Positions 20,287-29,801 of a stretch of DNA of 64,000 nucleotides are shown here, piece by piece; position 1 is the stretch's first letter; each line of letters opens with the position of its first letter. Both the position numbers and the translations under genes were made by a program. Source of the stretch: Pseudomonadales bacterium (GTDB lineage Bacteria > Pseudomonadota > Gammaproteobacteria > Pseudomonadales > UBA7239); NCBI GenBank assembly GCA_046347205.1, contig JAXMGN010000001.1, forward strand, positions 256,902 through 320,901, in the 5' to 3' direction. The notes below the pieces were generated by a model. It made no database searches, had not been told where the DNA came from, and was given only the letters and a program-made list of their open reading frames with translations.

Positions 20287-20317
20287 CAGGCAGCGCGAGC
20301 TGCCTGTTTGCGTTTTT
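20287..20317 (+). terminator. terminator-like hairpin in the argD leader (possible attenuator or sRNA 3' end)
   Basis: CAGGCAGC-gcga-GCTGCCTG followed by tttgcgttttt, 44 nt upstream of the argD ATG. There is no upstream plus-strand gene for it to terminate. Confidence 0.4.
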
Positions 20318-20360
20318 AGCCTCCTGTTTTTTGCTATCACGAAAGGTAAAAGGTAAGACC

Positions 20361-21530
20361 ATGTCTCATGCACTAATGAACACTTACGGCACACGCGCAC
20401 TCACTTTTGTGCGCGGCGAAGGCAGTTGGTTGATTGCAGACGATGGCAAACGCTATCTCGATGCCATCAGTGGTATCGCTGTGTGTGGTTTGGGTCATGC
20501 GCACGCCGGTGTGGCAGCGGCGATAGCACAACAAGCAGCAACATTGGTACACACCTCCAATTTGTACAACATTCCGCAGCAGCAAAAACTCGGCACGCAA
20601 CTGTGTCAACTCGCCGGCATGGACAAAGTTTTTTTTGGCAACTCCGGCGCAGAAGCCAATGAGTGTGCAATCAAACTCGCGCGTTTGTACGGCCACAAAA
20701 AAGGTATCGACTGCCCTGTCATTGTGGTGATGGAAAAATCCTTCCACGGTCGCACGCTCGCCACTTTAACGGCGACAGGCAATCGCAAAGTGCAAGCGGG
20801 TTTTGAACCGCTGGTGCAAGGTTTTGTACGCGCACCTTACGGTGATGTAGAAGCCCTAAAAACCATTGCCGCGAATAATCCCAATGTTGTCGCTGTGCTG
20901 GCTGAACCCGTGCAGGGCGAAGGCGGCGTGAACATTCCCGCAGCGGATTATCTCAATCAGTTGCGCAACATCTGTGACGCGCACCAATGGTTGCTGATGC
21001 TGGATGAAGTGCAAACCGGCAATGGTCGCACCGGAAAATATTTTGCTTATCAGCACAACAATATTCTTCCCGATGTTGTCACCACCGCCAAAGGTTTGGG
21101 CAATGGCTTTCCCATCGGCGCCTGCCTTGCGCAAGGTGCGGCAGCAGAATTGTTTCAAGTGGGCAACCACGGTTCCACTTTCGGCGGCAGCGCCTTGGCC
21201 TGCGCTACTGCACAAGCAGTAGTCGATACGCTGCTGAATGAAAAGCTGATTGAGCGCGCAGAAACACTGGGTAAAAAATTATTAGCTGATCTGCAAACTG
21301 CACTGGTGGACTGCTCACAAGTGGCAGCGGTGCGCGGCTTGGGTTTGATGCTCGGCATCGAACTGCAAAATGATGCACCCGATTTAGTCGCGCGCGCTGC
21401 AGAAAAAGGCGTGCTGATCAATGTCACCGCCGGCAAGGTCATTCGTTTGCTGCCGACTTTTGTGATGACAGACGAAGAAACTGCGCTATTAGTGACAACA
21501 TTGCACGATTTACTGCGCGACCCTGCCTAA
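20361..21530 (+). CDS. argD: acetylornithine aminotransferase (class III PLP aminotransferase)
   Basis: MSHALMNTYG..FFGNSGAEANE..DEVQTGNGRTGK..TTAKGLGNG; followed by argF. Confidence 0.88.
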   Translation: MSHALMNTYGTRALTFVRGEGSWLIADDGKRYLDAISGIAVCGLGHAHAGVAAAIAQQAATLVHTSNLYNIPQQQKLGTQLCQLAGMDKVFFGNSGAEANECAIKLARLYGHKKGIDCPVIVVMEKSFHGRTLATLTATGNRKVQAGFEPLVQGFVRAPYGDVEALKTIAANNPNVVAVLAEPVQGEGGVNIPAADYLNQLRNICDAHQWLLMLDEVQTGNGRTGKYFAYQHNNILPDVVTTAKGLGNGFPIGACLAQGAAAELFQVGNHGSTFGGSALACATAQAVVDTLLNEKLIERAETLGKKLLADLQTALVDCSQVAAVRGLGLMLGIELQNDAPDLVARAAEKGVLINVTAGKVIRLLPTFVMTDEETALLVTTLHDLLRDPA

Positions 21531-21542
21531 GAGATTTTTTGC

Positions 21543-22457
21543 ATGAGCACTCGCCACTTCCTGACGCTGCTGGATTTTTCCCCCGCTGAATTGCGCGCGG
21601 TTATTGATCATTCTATTGCTATGAAAGCGGAGCATGCGGTGGGCAATGATCCGCAAATTTTTCGCAACAAAGTATTGGGGATGATTTTTGAAAAATCCTC
21701 CACCCGCACACGCGTTTCTTTTGAAGCAGGCATGGCGCAACTTGGCGGTCACGCAATGTTTTTATCGCCGCGCGATACACAATTAGGGCGCGGCGAACCG
21801 GTGGAAGATTCTGCACGCATCCTGTCGCGCATGGTGGACATCATCATGATTCGCACTTTTGCGCACGACATTGTGGAAAAGTTTTCACAGTATTCACGCG
21901 TGCCAGTCATCAATGCCTTGACGGACGATTTTCACCCCTGCCAAGTGTTAGCCGATGTACAAACCTGGATAGAACATCGCGGTGAAATTGCCGGAAAAAC
22001 TGTGGCATGGATAGGTGATGGCAACAATATGTGCCAAACATGGATACAAGCTGCCACGCAATTTGGCTTCAAACTGCGCATCGCCTGTCCACCCGGTTTT
22101 GAACCCAACAATATTTTGCTGCAACAACACGAGAACTGCGTTTCTCTCGGGCACGATATTGAAGATGCCGTGCGCGATGCTGATTTAGTGACCACCGATG
22201 TGTGGGCATCCATGGGACAAGAAGATGAGCAGCGTGAACGTATGCAGCGTTTTCGCGGCTACCAAGTCAACCCAAAACTCATGGATTTAGCCAAATCGGA
22301 TGCGCTGTTTATGCACTGCCTGCCAGCACATCGCGGCGAAGAAGTGAGCGTAGATATGCTAGACGACCCGCGCTCAGTAGTATGGGACGAAGCAGAAAAC
22401 CGCCTGCATGTACAAAAAGCGCTGATGGTGTTCTTAATAGAACAGAGCAAAAAATAA
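21543..22457 (+). CDS. argF: ornithine carbamoyltransferase
   Basis: 304 aa with the STRTR, HPCQ and HCLPA motifs. Confidence 0.93.
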   Translation: MSTRHFLTLLDFSPAELRAVIDHSIAMKAEHAVGNDPQIFRNKVLGMIFEKSSTRTRVSFEAGMAQLGGHAMFLSPRDTQLGRGEPVEDSARILSRMVDIIMIRTFAHDIVEKFSQYSRVPVINALTDDFHPCQVLADVQTWIEHRGEIAGKTVAWIGDGNNMCQTWIQAATQFGFKLRIACPPGFEPNNILLQQHENCVSLGHDIEDAVRDADLVTTDVWASMGQEDEQRERMQRFRGYQVNPKLMDLAKSDALFMHCLPAHRGEEVSVDMLDDPRSVVWDEAENRLHVQKALMVFLIEQSKK

Positions 22458-22466
22458 TTTATGCCG

Positions 22467-22967
22467 TTAATCAAAATCGCCCAAAAAGCGATTTTTGTAT
22501 TCCAAAACATAGTTGGCATTACGCGCCGTCGTTTCTTCATATACACGGCGATAGCCGATTGCGGCAATTTTCCACCCTTCAGCCGTTTTGATATAACGCT
22601 CATCGTAAAATGCTGCGCCGGCAATGCAGAAATGTTTGGCGGGATCGCGACTCACCGTATTGATCACCGCATCCGTGAGATACCAAACACCCTGTGCGGC
22701 GGTTAAGTCTTCATTGAGCGTGATTTCTGGATGGTGCACTTGATGTTTAGTCACAATACGCTTGTGACTCAATGACTGCGACAAAAACGCCATCACCGCA
22801 TCGCGTCCTTGATAACTGTGTTTACCATCCGAATAAGTGCTCACCACATCTGGCGCAAACAATGTGGACACAGCATCCCACTCTTTCAAATCCAAGTGAC
22901 GCAGATACGCGTACTTAAGTTGTTTAATGGCTTCAATCGCCAACAAACTTTCCAGCGTTTTATTCAC
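22467..22967 (-). CDS. SnoaL-like / NTF2-fold protein of unknown function
   Basis: ORF 22467..22997. AIEAIKQLKYAYLRHLDLKEWD..F..D is the SnoaL_4-type pattern. GTG 22967 overlaps the exbD stop (GTGAATAA), which suggests translational coupling. Confidence 0.6.
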   Translation of the reverse strand: MNKTLESLLAIEAIKQLKYAYLRHLDLKEWDAVSTLFAPDVVSTYSDGKHSYQGRDAVMAFLSQSLSHKRIVTKHQVHHPEITLNEDLTAAQGVWYLTDAVINTVSRDPAKHFCIAGAAFYDERYIKTAEGWKIAAIGYRRVYEETTARNANYVLEYKNRFLGDFD

Positions 22968-23409
22968 TGCCACTTTTTTCTCCAACAGATGCAGCACCTG
23001 GCAACATCACAAATCCCATACGGGTCACGCCCGCTTCACGCACCATCGCCATCACTTGTGCCACGCGCTCGTAGCGTACATTTTTATCCGCCAATAAATG
23101 CAATTCTGGTTGCGGTTGTTTCGCTGACAATTGCGCAAGCTGTTGCAATAACAATGCATCATTATCTAAAACTTTTCCGTTCCACTCGACTTGCCCTTGC
23201 GCATTGATCGACAAACTCTCCGCCTCCGGCTTTTCTTCCGTTGTTGTCCCAACCGCTTTGGGTAAATTAACGGTGATCGACTGCGTCATCAAGGGCGCGC
23301 AAATCATAAAAATAATCAGCAGAACTAACATCACATCCACTAAAGGTGTGGTATTAATTTCTGACATCGGTTGTGCCGTGCCTGATTCAAATCCACCAAA
23401 AGCCATCAC
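22960..23409 (-). CDS. exbD: TonB-system biopolymer transport protein ExbD
   Basis: 149 aa, EINTTPLVDVMLVLLIIFM; overlaps exbB by 4 nt. Confidence 0.9.
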   Translation of the reverse strand: MMAFGGFESGTAQPMSEINTTPLVDVMLVLLIIFMICAPLMTQSITVNLPKAVGTTTEEKPEAESLSINAQGQVEWNGKVLDNDALLLQQLAQLSAKQPQPELHLLADKNVRYERVAQVMAMVREAGVTRMGFVMLPGAASVGEKSGSE

Positions 23410-24104
23410 AGATTTCCTTTGGTTTTTTTACTGGAGCCCATGGTGAAATACATCAGTAAGTCGTGTGCAAAACCATCAAGATCCGCAATAATTAAACGCT
23501 GTACGCGATTGAATGCGTTATACGCCAGCACTGCGGGAATGGCAGTAAACAAACCTATCGCTGTCATGATTAAGGCTTCGCCCACGGGCCCTGCCACTTT
23601 ATCCAAACTCGCTTGCCCTGTAGTACCTATTGCTGCCAGTGCGTGATAAATGCCCCACACCGTACCGAACAATCCCACAAACGGCGCCACAGAACCGATA
23701 GAGGCCAGAAAGACTTGTCCTCGCTCAAGATCTGCCGTAGCGCGATTGAGTGCTTGGCGCAGAGCTCGCGTCACCAATTCAGTGAGAGACAACTGTGCAT
23801 CGAGATGTCCGCGTGCATCTTGCTGATGATCTTGATAGTGCGTCGCCGCTTTACTGCCGCGCTCAACCAACAAACGAAACGGCGCCATGCGCGCCAAAGC
23901 CTCTACGCCAACGGCAATATTTTTTGCCTGCCAAAAACTTTCCAGCGCACGGTGGCTCGCATGTTGCCACCACGCCAACTGCACACTCTTGCTGATAATG
24001 ATGGTCCAACTGGTGATTGACATACTCAATAGCAAAAATAAAACGGCATGCGACACCACATCGCCTTGCTGCCAAAAACTGACTACATCTAAATCAAACT
24101 TCAT
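23406..24104 (-). CDS. exbB: TonB-system proton channel protein ExbB (MotA/TolQ/ExbB family)
   Basis: 232 aa, SIGSVAPFVGLFGTVWGI..GEALIMTAIGLFTAIPAVLAYN. Confidence 0.9.
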   Translation of the reverse strand: MKFDLDVVSFWQQGDVVSHAVLFLLLSMSITSWTIIISKSVQLAWWQHASHRALESFWQAKNIAVGVEALARMAPFRLLVERGSKAATHYQDHQQDARGHLDAQLSLTELVTRALRQALNRATADLERGQVFLASIGSVAPFVGLFGTVWGIYHALAAIGTTGQASLDKVAGPVGEALIMTAIGLFTAIPAVLAYNAFNRVQRLIIADLDGFAHDLLMYFTMGSSKKTKGNL

Positions 24105-24113
24105 TATTCATCC

Positions 24114-24799
24114 TCACCGCATTTTTTTTAATTTGAAATGTATTGGTACATCGACCGTACTCGCCACGGCTCTACCATTTTGTTGCGCCGGCTTAAACCG
24201 CCAGCGCGTTACCGCTGTGATAGCGGCTTGATCCAAACGCTCAAAACCCGATGACGTTTTGAGTGCAATATTCAGTGGTCGACCATCCGCTGACACATCC
24301 ACGCGCAACAGCACGCGCCCCTCCTCGCCCAAACGCTGTGACAAAGGTGGATACACCGCAGGTGAGCTGAGGTAATTGGCTTCAAACCGTGCCGCCGTCA
24401 CCTGTGTTGCCACCGCCGCTGGTACAGCCAAAGGAGGAGCGGGCGTTGGCACCGCTGACGCGGCTGGCGGCAAAGGCGGCTTATCGTCCCGCTGCGTTTT
24501 TTTCACTACCTCTTGCTGTACTGGCTGTTTCTTTTTACGACTTTGTGCGGCGCGAACCTTGTACCTTCATCTGGCTGAATTTGCGATTCCGATGCAGGTG
24601 GTGGCGCAGGCTGTACAGCCGCTGGAGTAACCGGCGCTACCGGCGGCGCAGGTGCCAGCAAATCCACTGTCACCGTCGGCGCGCCCAAAGCCACAGGAGT
24701 CACTACTGGCTGCCGCAACCACGCAATGATGGCTGCAGCGTGTAACAACACCGAGACCACCACACCCACCGCCAATGCCGTTATAGACTCAAGCTTCAT
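24114..24799 (-). pseudogene. tonB: energy transducer TonB, frame broken (as sequenced)
   Basis: ORF 24506..24799 holds the N-terminal TM anchor and Pro-rich spacer. ORF 24114..24506 holds the Lys/Pro-rich spacer and the C-terminal TonB domain (YPPLSQRLGEEGRVLLRVDV..G). The frames differ by +2 and the span is 686 nt (3n+2). Confidence 0.8.
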
Positions 24800-24809
24800 G
24801 TGCTTTTTT

Positions 24810-24828
24810 GATAATAATTATCATTAAC
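24810..24828. promoter_or_regulatory. Fur box upstream of tonB-exbB-exbD
   Basis: GATAATAATTATCATTAAC matches the 19-bp consensus GATAATGATAATCATTATC at 16 of 19 positions; it lies 11 nt upstream of the tonB ATG. Confidence 0.7.
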
Positions 24829-24844
24829 ATAAAAATCAATACAG

Positions 24845-25777
24845 TCACCACCATGCCGAAATACCAGCAATACCCCAAGCGCCCATCTCTCGCGCCTTGG
24901 GCAGGTGTTCCGCCACCGTGCCACCCAACGCAAACACGGGCAACGGGCAGTGCTTCAATAACTGCGCCAAACCCTCCCAGCCCAGTGCAGCTTGATCGGG
25001 GTGGCTGGCAGTGGGCAACACCGGAGACAGTGTGATGTAGTCTGCCCCAATCGCAACCGCTTGCTGAATTTCCTGTGCATTATGGCAAGAGGCGCCTAAG
25101 TATTTCTTGTTGTCGATGGGTCGCGCAACGCAGGCCATTAAACGCTGTGACGATAAATGCAAACCATCGGCCGCGCCCAGCGCACAATCGGCTGCTGCAT
25201 TCAACAACAATTTTGCATCGTGCGCTTGGCAAAGTTGCGCCATTTGTTCGGCCAAACTGGAAAAGTTTTTTCTATCTAAGTGATGCGCGCGCAATATCAC
25301 AGCACGGATATTTTTTTGCTCAATGGCGCACTGTGTACGTTGCAAGCATTCCGTAGGTGTTTGAAACGCACCTGTCACTAACAAACACTGCGGCAAATGC
25401 AACGCCGTCAAAATGGCGCGATTGGCAGGTGGAAAGGAGTAGCTCGGCAAAGCACTGCGCGACACCCAGCGCACCGTTTGCCCTTCTGCACTGCTGGCCG
25501 TGCCAGAAAAATTGGTCACGCGCCACACGTCTAATAGCACTTGTTTTTCTGGGTAGCTGAATGGAATTCTTAGCAGTGGTTCTGCGCGGTGAATTTCCAG
25601 TGCAACTTCTTCACGAATTTCACGTTGCAGCGCCTGAAATACTGTTTCCTGTGCTTCGACTTTTCCACCCGGAAACTCCCAATAGCCACCCATGTGTTGG
25701 TGATGGTGCCGCTGTGCAATCAAACATTCGCCAGCACTGTTTTCAATCACCGCCACCGCGACATGGACGCTTTTCAT
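24845..25777 (-). CDS. mutT: bifunctional-type Nudix hydrolase (MutT-like) fused to a thiamine-phosphate-synthase-like (ThiE/TenI fold) domain
   Basis: 310 aa. The N-terminus carries the Nudix box GGYWEFPGGKVEAQETVFQALQREIREEV; the C-terminal 180 aa is a TMP-TENI-like barrel. Lies downstream of argJ as in the secA-argJ-mutT synteny. Confidence 0.8.
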   Translation of the reverse strand: MKSVHVAVAVIENSAGECLIAQRHHHQHMGGYWEFPGGKVEAQETVFQALQREIREEVALEIHRAEPLLRIPFSYPEKQVLLDVWRVTNFSGTASSAEGQTVRWVSRSALPSYSFPPANRAILTALHLPQCLLVTGAFQTPTECLQRTQCAIEQKNIRAVILRAHHLDRKNFSSLAEQMAQLCQAHDAKLLLNAAADCALGAADGLHLSSQRLMACVARPIDNKKYLGASCHNAQEIQQAVAIGADYITLSPVLPTASHPDQAALGWEGLAQLLKHCPLPVFALGGTVAEHLPKAREMGAWGIAGISAWW

Positions 25778-25785
25778 GTGCAGCG

Positions 25786-27000
25786 TTAAGTGCGGTATTC
25801 CGCGTTGATGGTGACGTAATCGTGCGAGAAGTCACACGTCCACACAGTTTCACTCGCTGCGCCGCGCTGCAATTCCACGCGAATCACAATTTCTTCTGGT
25901 GCCATCGCCGCTACGCCTTGCGCTTCTGTGTAGGAAGGCGCACGACCACCATTGGCAACAATTTGCACATCATTCAGAAAAATGTTGATACGCGATGTAT
26001 CCAACGCTGCAATACCACTGCGACCAATCGCCGCCAAAATACGCCCCCAGTTGGGATCTGATGCAAACAATGCAGTTTTCACCAGCGGTGATTCGGCAAT
26101 CGCATACGCGGCGCGCAAACATTCGTCGCTGTCATGGCCGCCGTTAATCACTACAGAAATAAATTTGGTCGCGCCTTCACCGTCGCGCACTATCGCCTGC
26201 GCCAATTCAACAAACACCGACTCTATCGCCGCGGCAAAAGCATTCCATTCAGCCGATGCGGACGTTAATGCAACACCGGAACTGCCAGTGGCAGCCAACA
26301 TGCAAGCATCATTGGTGGATGTATCGCCATCAATCGTGATGCGGTTGAATGATTTATCGGCAACGATTTGCAGCAGTGCTTGCAAATCTTTTTGTGCTAC
26401 TTGCGCATCGGTAGCTACAAAACCCAACATGGTAGCCATATTGGGTTTAATCATGCCTGCGCCTTTACTGATGCCAGTGATAGCAACTGTTTTGCCACTC
26501 AATACAATTTTACGCGAAGCGAGTTTAGGTCGCGTGTCGGTAGTCATAATACCTTCCGCAGCGCGCAACCAATGATCAACAGATAAATCTGACAGCGCTA
26601 ACGGCAAGCCCGCGATCAATTTTTCCATCGGCAGCAATTCGCCAATCACGCCCGTGGAAAACGGCAAAACATTTTCTGCAACAACACCAGCTATTTTTGC
26701 CAAATTGGCGCAACTGCGCTGCGCGTCCAACATGCCCTGCTCACCCGTGCCAGCGTTGGCGCAACCGGTATTAATCAGCCAATAGCGACAAGCACTGGCT
26801 GCTAGATGTTTTTTTGCCACATGCACGGGCGCTGCGCAAAAAGCATTTTTTGTGAACACGGCGGCCACACTGGCATTTTCTGCCAATTCAAACAGCACGA
26901 GGTCTTTGCGGTTTTTCTTGCGAATACCGGCTTCTGCCACACCGATGCGCACACCGGACACAGGAAATATTTCAGGAATTGCGCCGCTACCAACCGCCAT
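25786..27000 (-). CDS. argJ: bifunctional glutamate N-acetyltransferase / amino-acid acetyltransferase
   Basis: 404 aa. GFVATDA..TIDGDTSTND..ATMLGF autoprocessing region and C-terminal DFSHDYVTINAEYRT. Confidence 0.93.
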   Translation of the reverse strand: MAVGSGAIPEIFPVSGVRIGVAEAGIRKKNRKDLVLFELAENASVAAVFTKNAFCAAPVHVAKKHLAASACRYWLINTGCANAGTGEQGMLDAQRSCANLAKIAGVVAENVLPFSTGVIGELLPMEKLIAGLPLALSDLSVDHWLRAAEGIMTTDTRPKLASRKIVLSGKTVAITGISKGAGMIKPNMATMLGFVATDAQVAQKDLQALLQIVADKSFNRITIDGDTSTNDACMLAATGSSGVALTSASAEWNAFAAAIESVFVELAQAIVRDGEGATKFISVVINGGHDSDECLRAAYAIAESPLVKTALFASDPNWGRILAAIGRSGIAALDTSRINIFLNDVQIVANGGRAPSYTEAQGVAAMAPEEIVIRVELQRGAASETVWTCDFSHDYVTINAEYRT

Positions 27001-27022
27001 TGCTTTTGCCTCTCAGTAATGA

Positions 27023-29734
27023 CTACGCCAACCGACCGTGGCACTGCTTGTATTTTTTACCTGAGCCACAAGGGCAAGGCTCGTTGCGCCCCACTTTTTC
27101 ACCACCGCGCACAAAAGGCGTGGCCGTTGGCTTTTGCGTGTCACTGCCCGCATTATTTTCTACCTCGCCATGCAGCGCAGAAGACTGAGCATGTTGCAGT
27201 TGCAGATTTTCTTGCTCACGTCGGCGCTGCTCTTCCATCGCTTCAATTTCTTCACGCGAAGCAATACGCACATGGAACAATACGCGCACCACTTCAGCTT
27301 TGATGTTATCCAATAACATACGGAACAACTCAAACGATTCGCGCTTGAATTCCTGCTTGGGATCTTTTTGAGCATAGGCGCGCAAATTAATACCCTGACG
27401 CAGATGATCCATACTCGCCAGATGATCTTTCCACAAATTATCCAACACTTGCAGCATGATCTGCTTTTCTACCTGCCGCATGATTTGCTCAGAACCTTCG
27501 CACTTCTTACCGTAAAAATCAGCGGCTACTTGTTGCGCACGCTCACGGATTGCATCTTCCGTCAAATTGATATCTTGCTTCAGCCATTCCACAACTGGCA
27601 TTTGCAAACCAAAATCTGCTTCAAAAGCCTGCTCCAGTCCAGATAAATCCCACTGCTCAGGAAAACTTTGCGGAGGAATAAATTGTGTAATTAAACCACT
27701 CACAACATCACTGCGAATCGCAGTAATAATTTCTGAAACTTCTTCCGCTTCCAAAACATCATTGCGCTGCTGATAAATAACTTTTCGTTGATCGCTGGCT
27801 ACGTTGTCGTATTCCAACAACTGCTTACGAATATCAAAGTTGCGCCCCTCCACTTTGCGCTGCGCTTTTTCAATAGAGCCCGTCACCATCTTGTGTTCGA
27901 TGGCCTCACCGCGCTGCATACCCAGCGCTTGCATAATACTTTTCACGCGATCTGAGGCAAAAATTCGCATCAAATCGTCTTCCAATGACAGATAAAAACG
28001 CGACAAACCCGGATCACCCTGACGACCGGCGCGGCCGCGCAATTGGTTGTCGATACGGCGCGATTCATGACGCTCTGTGCCCAAAATATGCAAACCGCCC
28101 GCTGCCAACACTTGATCATGGCGCTGCTGCCACGCAGCTTTCGCGGCATCAATCTCTGCTTGCGATGGATTTTCCAAAGCCTCTATATCCGATTCCCATT
28201 TACCACCGAGCACAATATCGGTGCCGCGACCGGCCATATTGGTAGCAATCGTTACGGTAGATGGGCGACCAGCTTGCGCAATAATTTCTGCTTCATGCGC
28301 GTGATATTTTGCATTCAATACGCGGTGTGGAATTTCGGCTGCCTGCAAACGCTTCGACATTTCTTCTGAGGTTTCTACCGAAGCCGTTCCCACCAACACC
28401 GGCACACCCTGCGCCACAAAACGTTTAACGTCTTCAATAATCGCTTCGTATTTTTCTTCTTTGCTGATATACACCAAATCATTCAAATCTTTGCGCAGCA
28501 ATGGGCGATTAGTGGGAATCACCACCACATCCAAACCGTAAATTTGCATAAATTCTGGTGCTTCGGTATCCGCCGTTCCTGTCATGCCGCCCAGTTTTTT
28601 ATACATGCGGAAATAATTCTGAAAGGTGGTGGAAGCCATGGTTTGACTTTCACTTTGTATCGCCACACCTTCTTTGGCTTCCAGTGCCTGATGCAAACCT
28701 TCTGACAAACGGCGACCGTGCATGGTGCGGCCTGTGTGCTCATCAATCAACACGACTTGGTTTTCTTGCACGATATACTGCACATCGCGATGAAACAGAG
28801 TATGTGCGCGCAAAGCTGCATGAATGTGATGCAACAAACTTAAATTGGTAACGGCATATAAGCTGTCGTTGGCATCCAAAATACCATCGCGAATCAGCAA
28901 CTGCTCAATCAGTTGATGGCCTTCTTCCGTCAAATCGGCTTGCCGCAATTTTTCATCCAACACATAGTGTCCAGGCGCATCTTCTGTCTGCGCCTGCAAA
29001 CGCGGCATCAACGCGTTAATACGTTTGTACAATTCAGAACTGTTTTCCGCCGCACCAGAAATAATCAGCGGTGTGCGCGCCTCATCGATCAAAATGGAAT
29101 CCACTTCATCCACAATGGCGAAACTCAAACTGCGCTGTACTTTATCTTCCACACTCAACGCCATGTTATCGCGCAGATAATCAAAACCGTATTCGTTGTT
29201 GGTGCCATAAGTAATGTCGCACGCATACGCCGCACGCTTCTCTTCCTGACTTTGACCAGAAAGAATAATGCCCAAGGTCATGCCTAATTTTTCATACACC
29301 GCGCGCATCCAACTACCGTCGCGATTGGCGAGATAGTCATTGACCGTCACCACATGCACACCATTGCCTGGCAAAGCGTTGAGATACACCGGCAGTGTTG
29401 CCACCAACGTTTTACCTTCGCCGGTGCGCATTTCTGCAATCTTGCCCGCATGCAACACCATGCCGCCGATCATCTGTACATCAAAATGGCGCATACCCAA
29501 TACGCGCCGCGCCGCTTCGCGCACACAGGCAAATGCCTCTGGCAACAATTGATCCAGCGTTTCACCTTTTTGCAAACGTTCGCGAAACTCAGCCGTCTTG
29601 TTTTGCAATTCGCTGTCGCTGAGTTTTTCCAGTGTGGGCTCGAAGGCATTGACCTTGGCAACGACTTTGCCGAGACGCTTTAATTCGCGCTCGTTTTTGC
29701 TGCCAAAAACTTTCTTGAGAACGGAGCCAATCAT
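27023..29734 (-). CDS. secA: preprotein translocase ATPase SecA
   Basis: Starts at [21 protein letters not shown] (29734; the ORF track extends to 29773). DEAD-like motor and C-terminal zinc finger [14 protein letters not shown]. Confidence 0.96.
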   Translation of the reverse strand: MIGSVLKKVFGSKNERELKRLGKVVAKVNAFEPTLEKLSDSELQNKTAEFRERLQKGETLDQLLPEAFACVREAARRVLGMRHFDVQMIGGMVLHAGKIAEMRTGEGKTLVATLPVYLNALPGNGVHVVTVNDYLANRDGSWMRAVYEKLGMTLGIILSGQSQEEKRAAYACDITYGTNNEYGFDYLRDNMALSVEDKVQRSLSFAIVDEVDSILIDEARTPLIISGAAENSSELYKRINALMPRLQAQTEDAPGHYVLDEKLRQADLTEEGHQLIEQLLIRDGILDANDSLYAVTNLSLLHHIHAALRAHTLFHRDVQYIVQENQVVLIDEHTGRTMHGRRLSEGLHQALEAKEGVAIQSESQTMASTTFQNYFRMYKKLGGMTGTADTEAPEFMQIYGLDVVVIPTNRPLLRKDLNDLVYISKEEKYEAIIEDVKRFVAQGVPVLVGTASVETSEEMSKRLQAAEIPHRVLNAKYHAHEAEIIAQAGRPSTVTIATNMAGRGTDIVLGGKWESDIEALENPSQAEIDAAKAAWQQRHDQVLAAGGLHILGTERHESRRIDNQLRGRAGRQGDPGLSRFYLSLEDDLMRIFASDRVKSIMQALGMQRGEAIEHKMVTGSIEKAQRKVEGRNFDIRKQLLEYDNVASDQRKVIYQQRNDVLEAEEVSEIITAIRSDVVSGLITQFIPPQSFPEQWDLSGLEQAFEADFGLQMPVVEWLKQDINLTEDAIRERAQQVAADFYGKKCEGSEQIMRQVEKQIMLQVLDNLWKDHLASMDHLRQGINLRAYAQKDPKQEFKRESFELFRMLLDNIKAEVVRVLFHVRIASREEIEAMEEQRRREQENLQLQHAQSSALHGEVENNAGSDTQKPTATPFVRGGEKVGRNEPCPCGSGKKYKQCHGRLA

Positions 29735-29801
29735 GACGAAACCACACTGCGTAGGGGGCGCAAAATATCGCACAAATCAGCCACCTACGCCACCAACGCG
29801 A

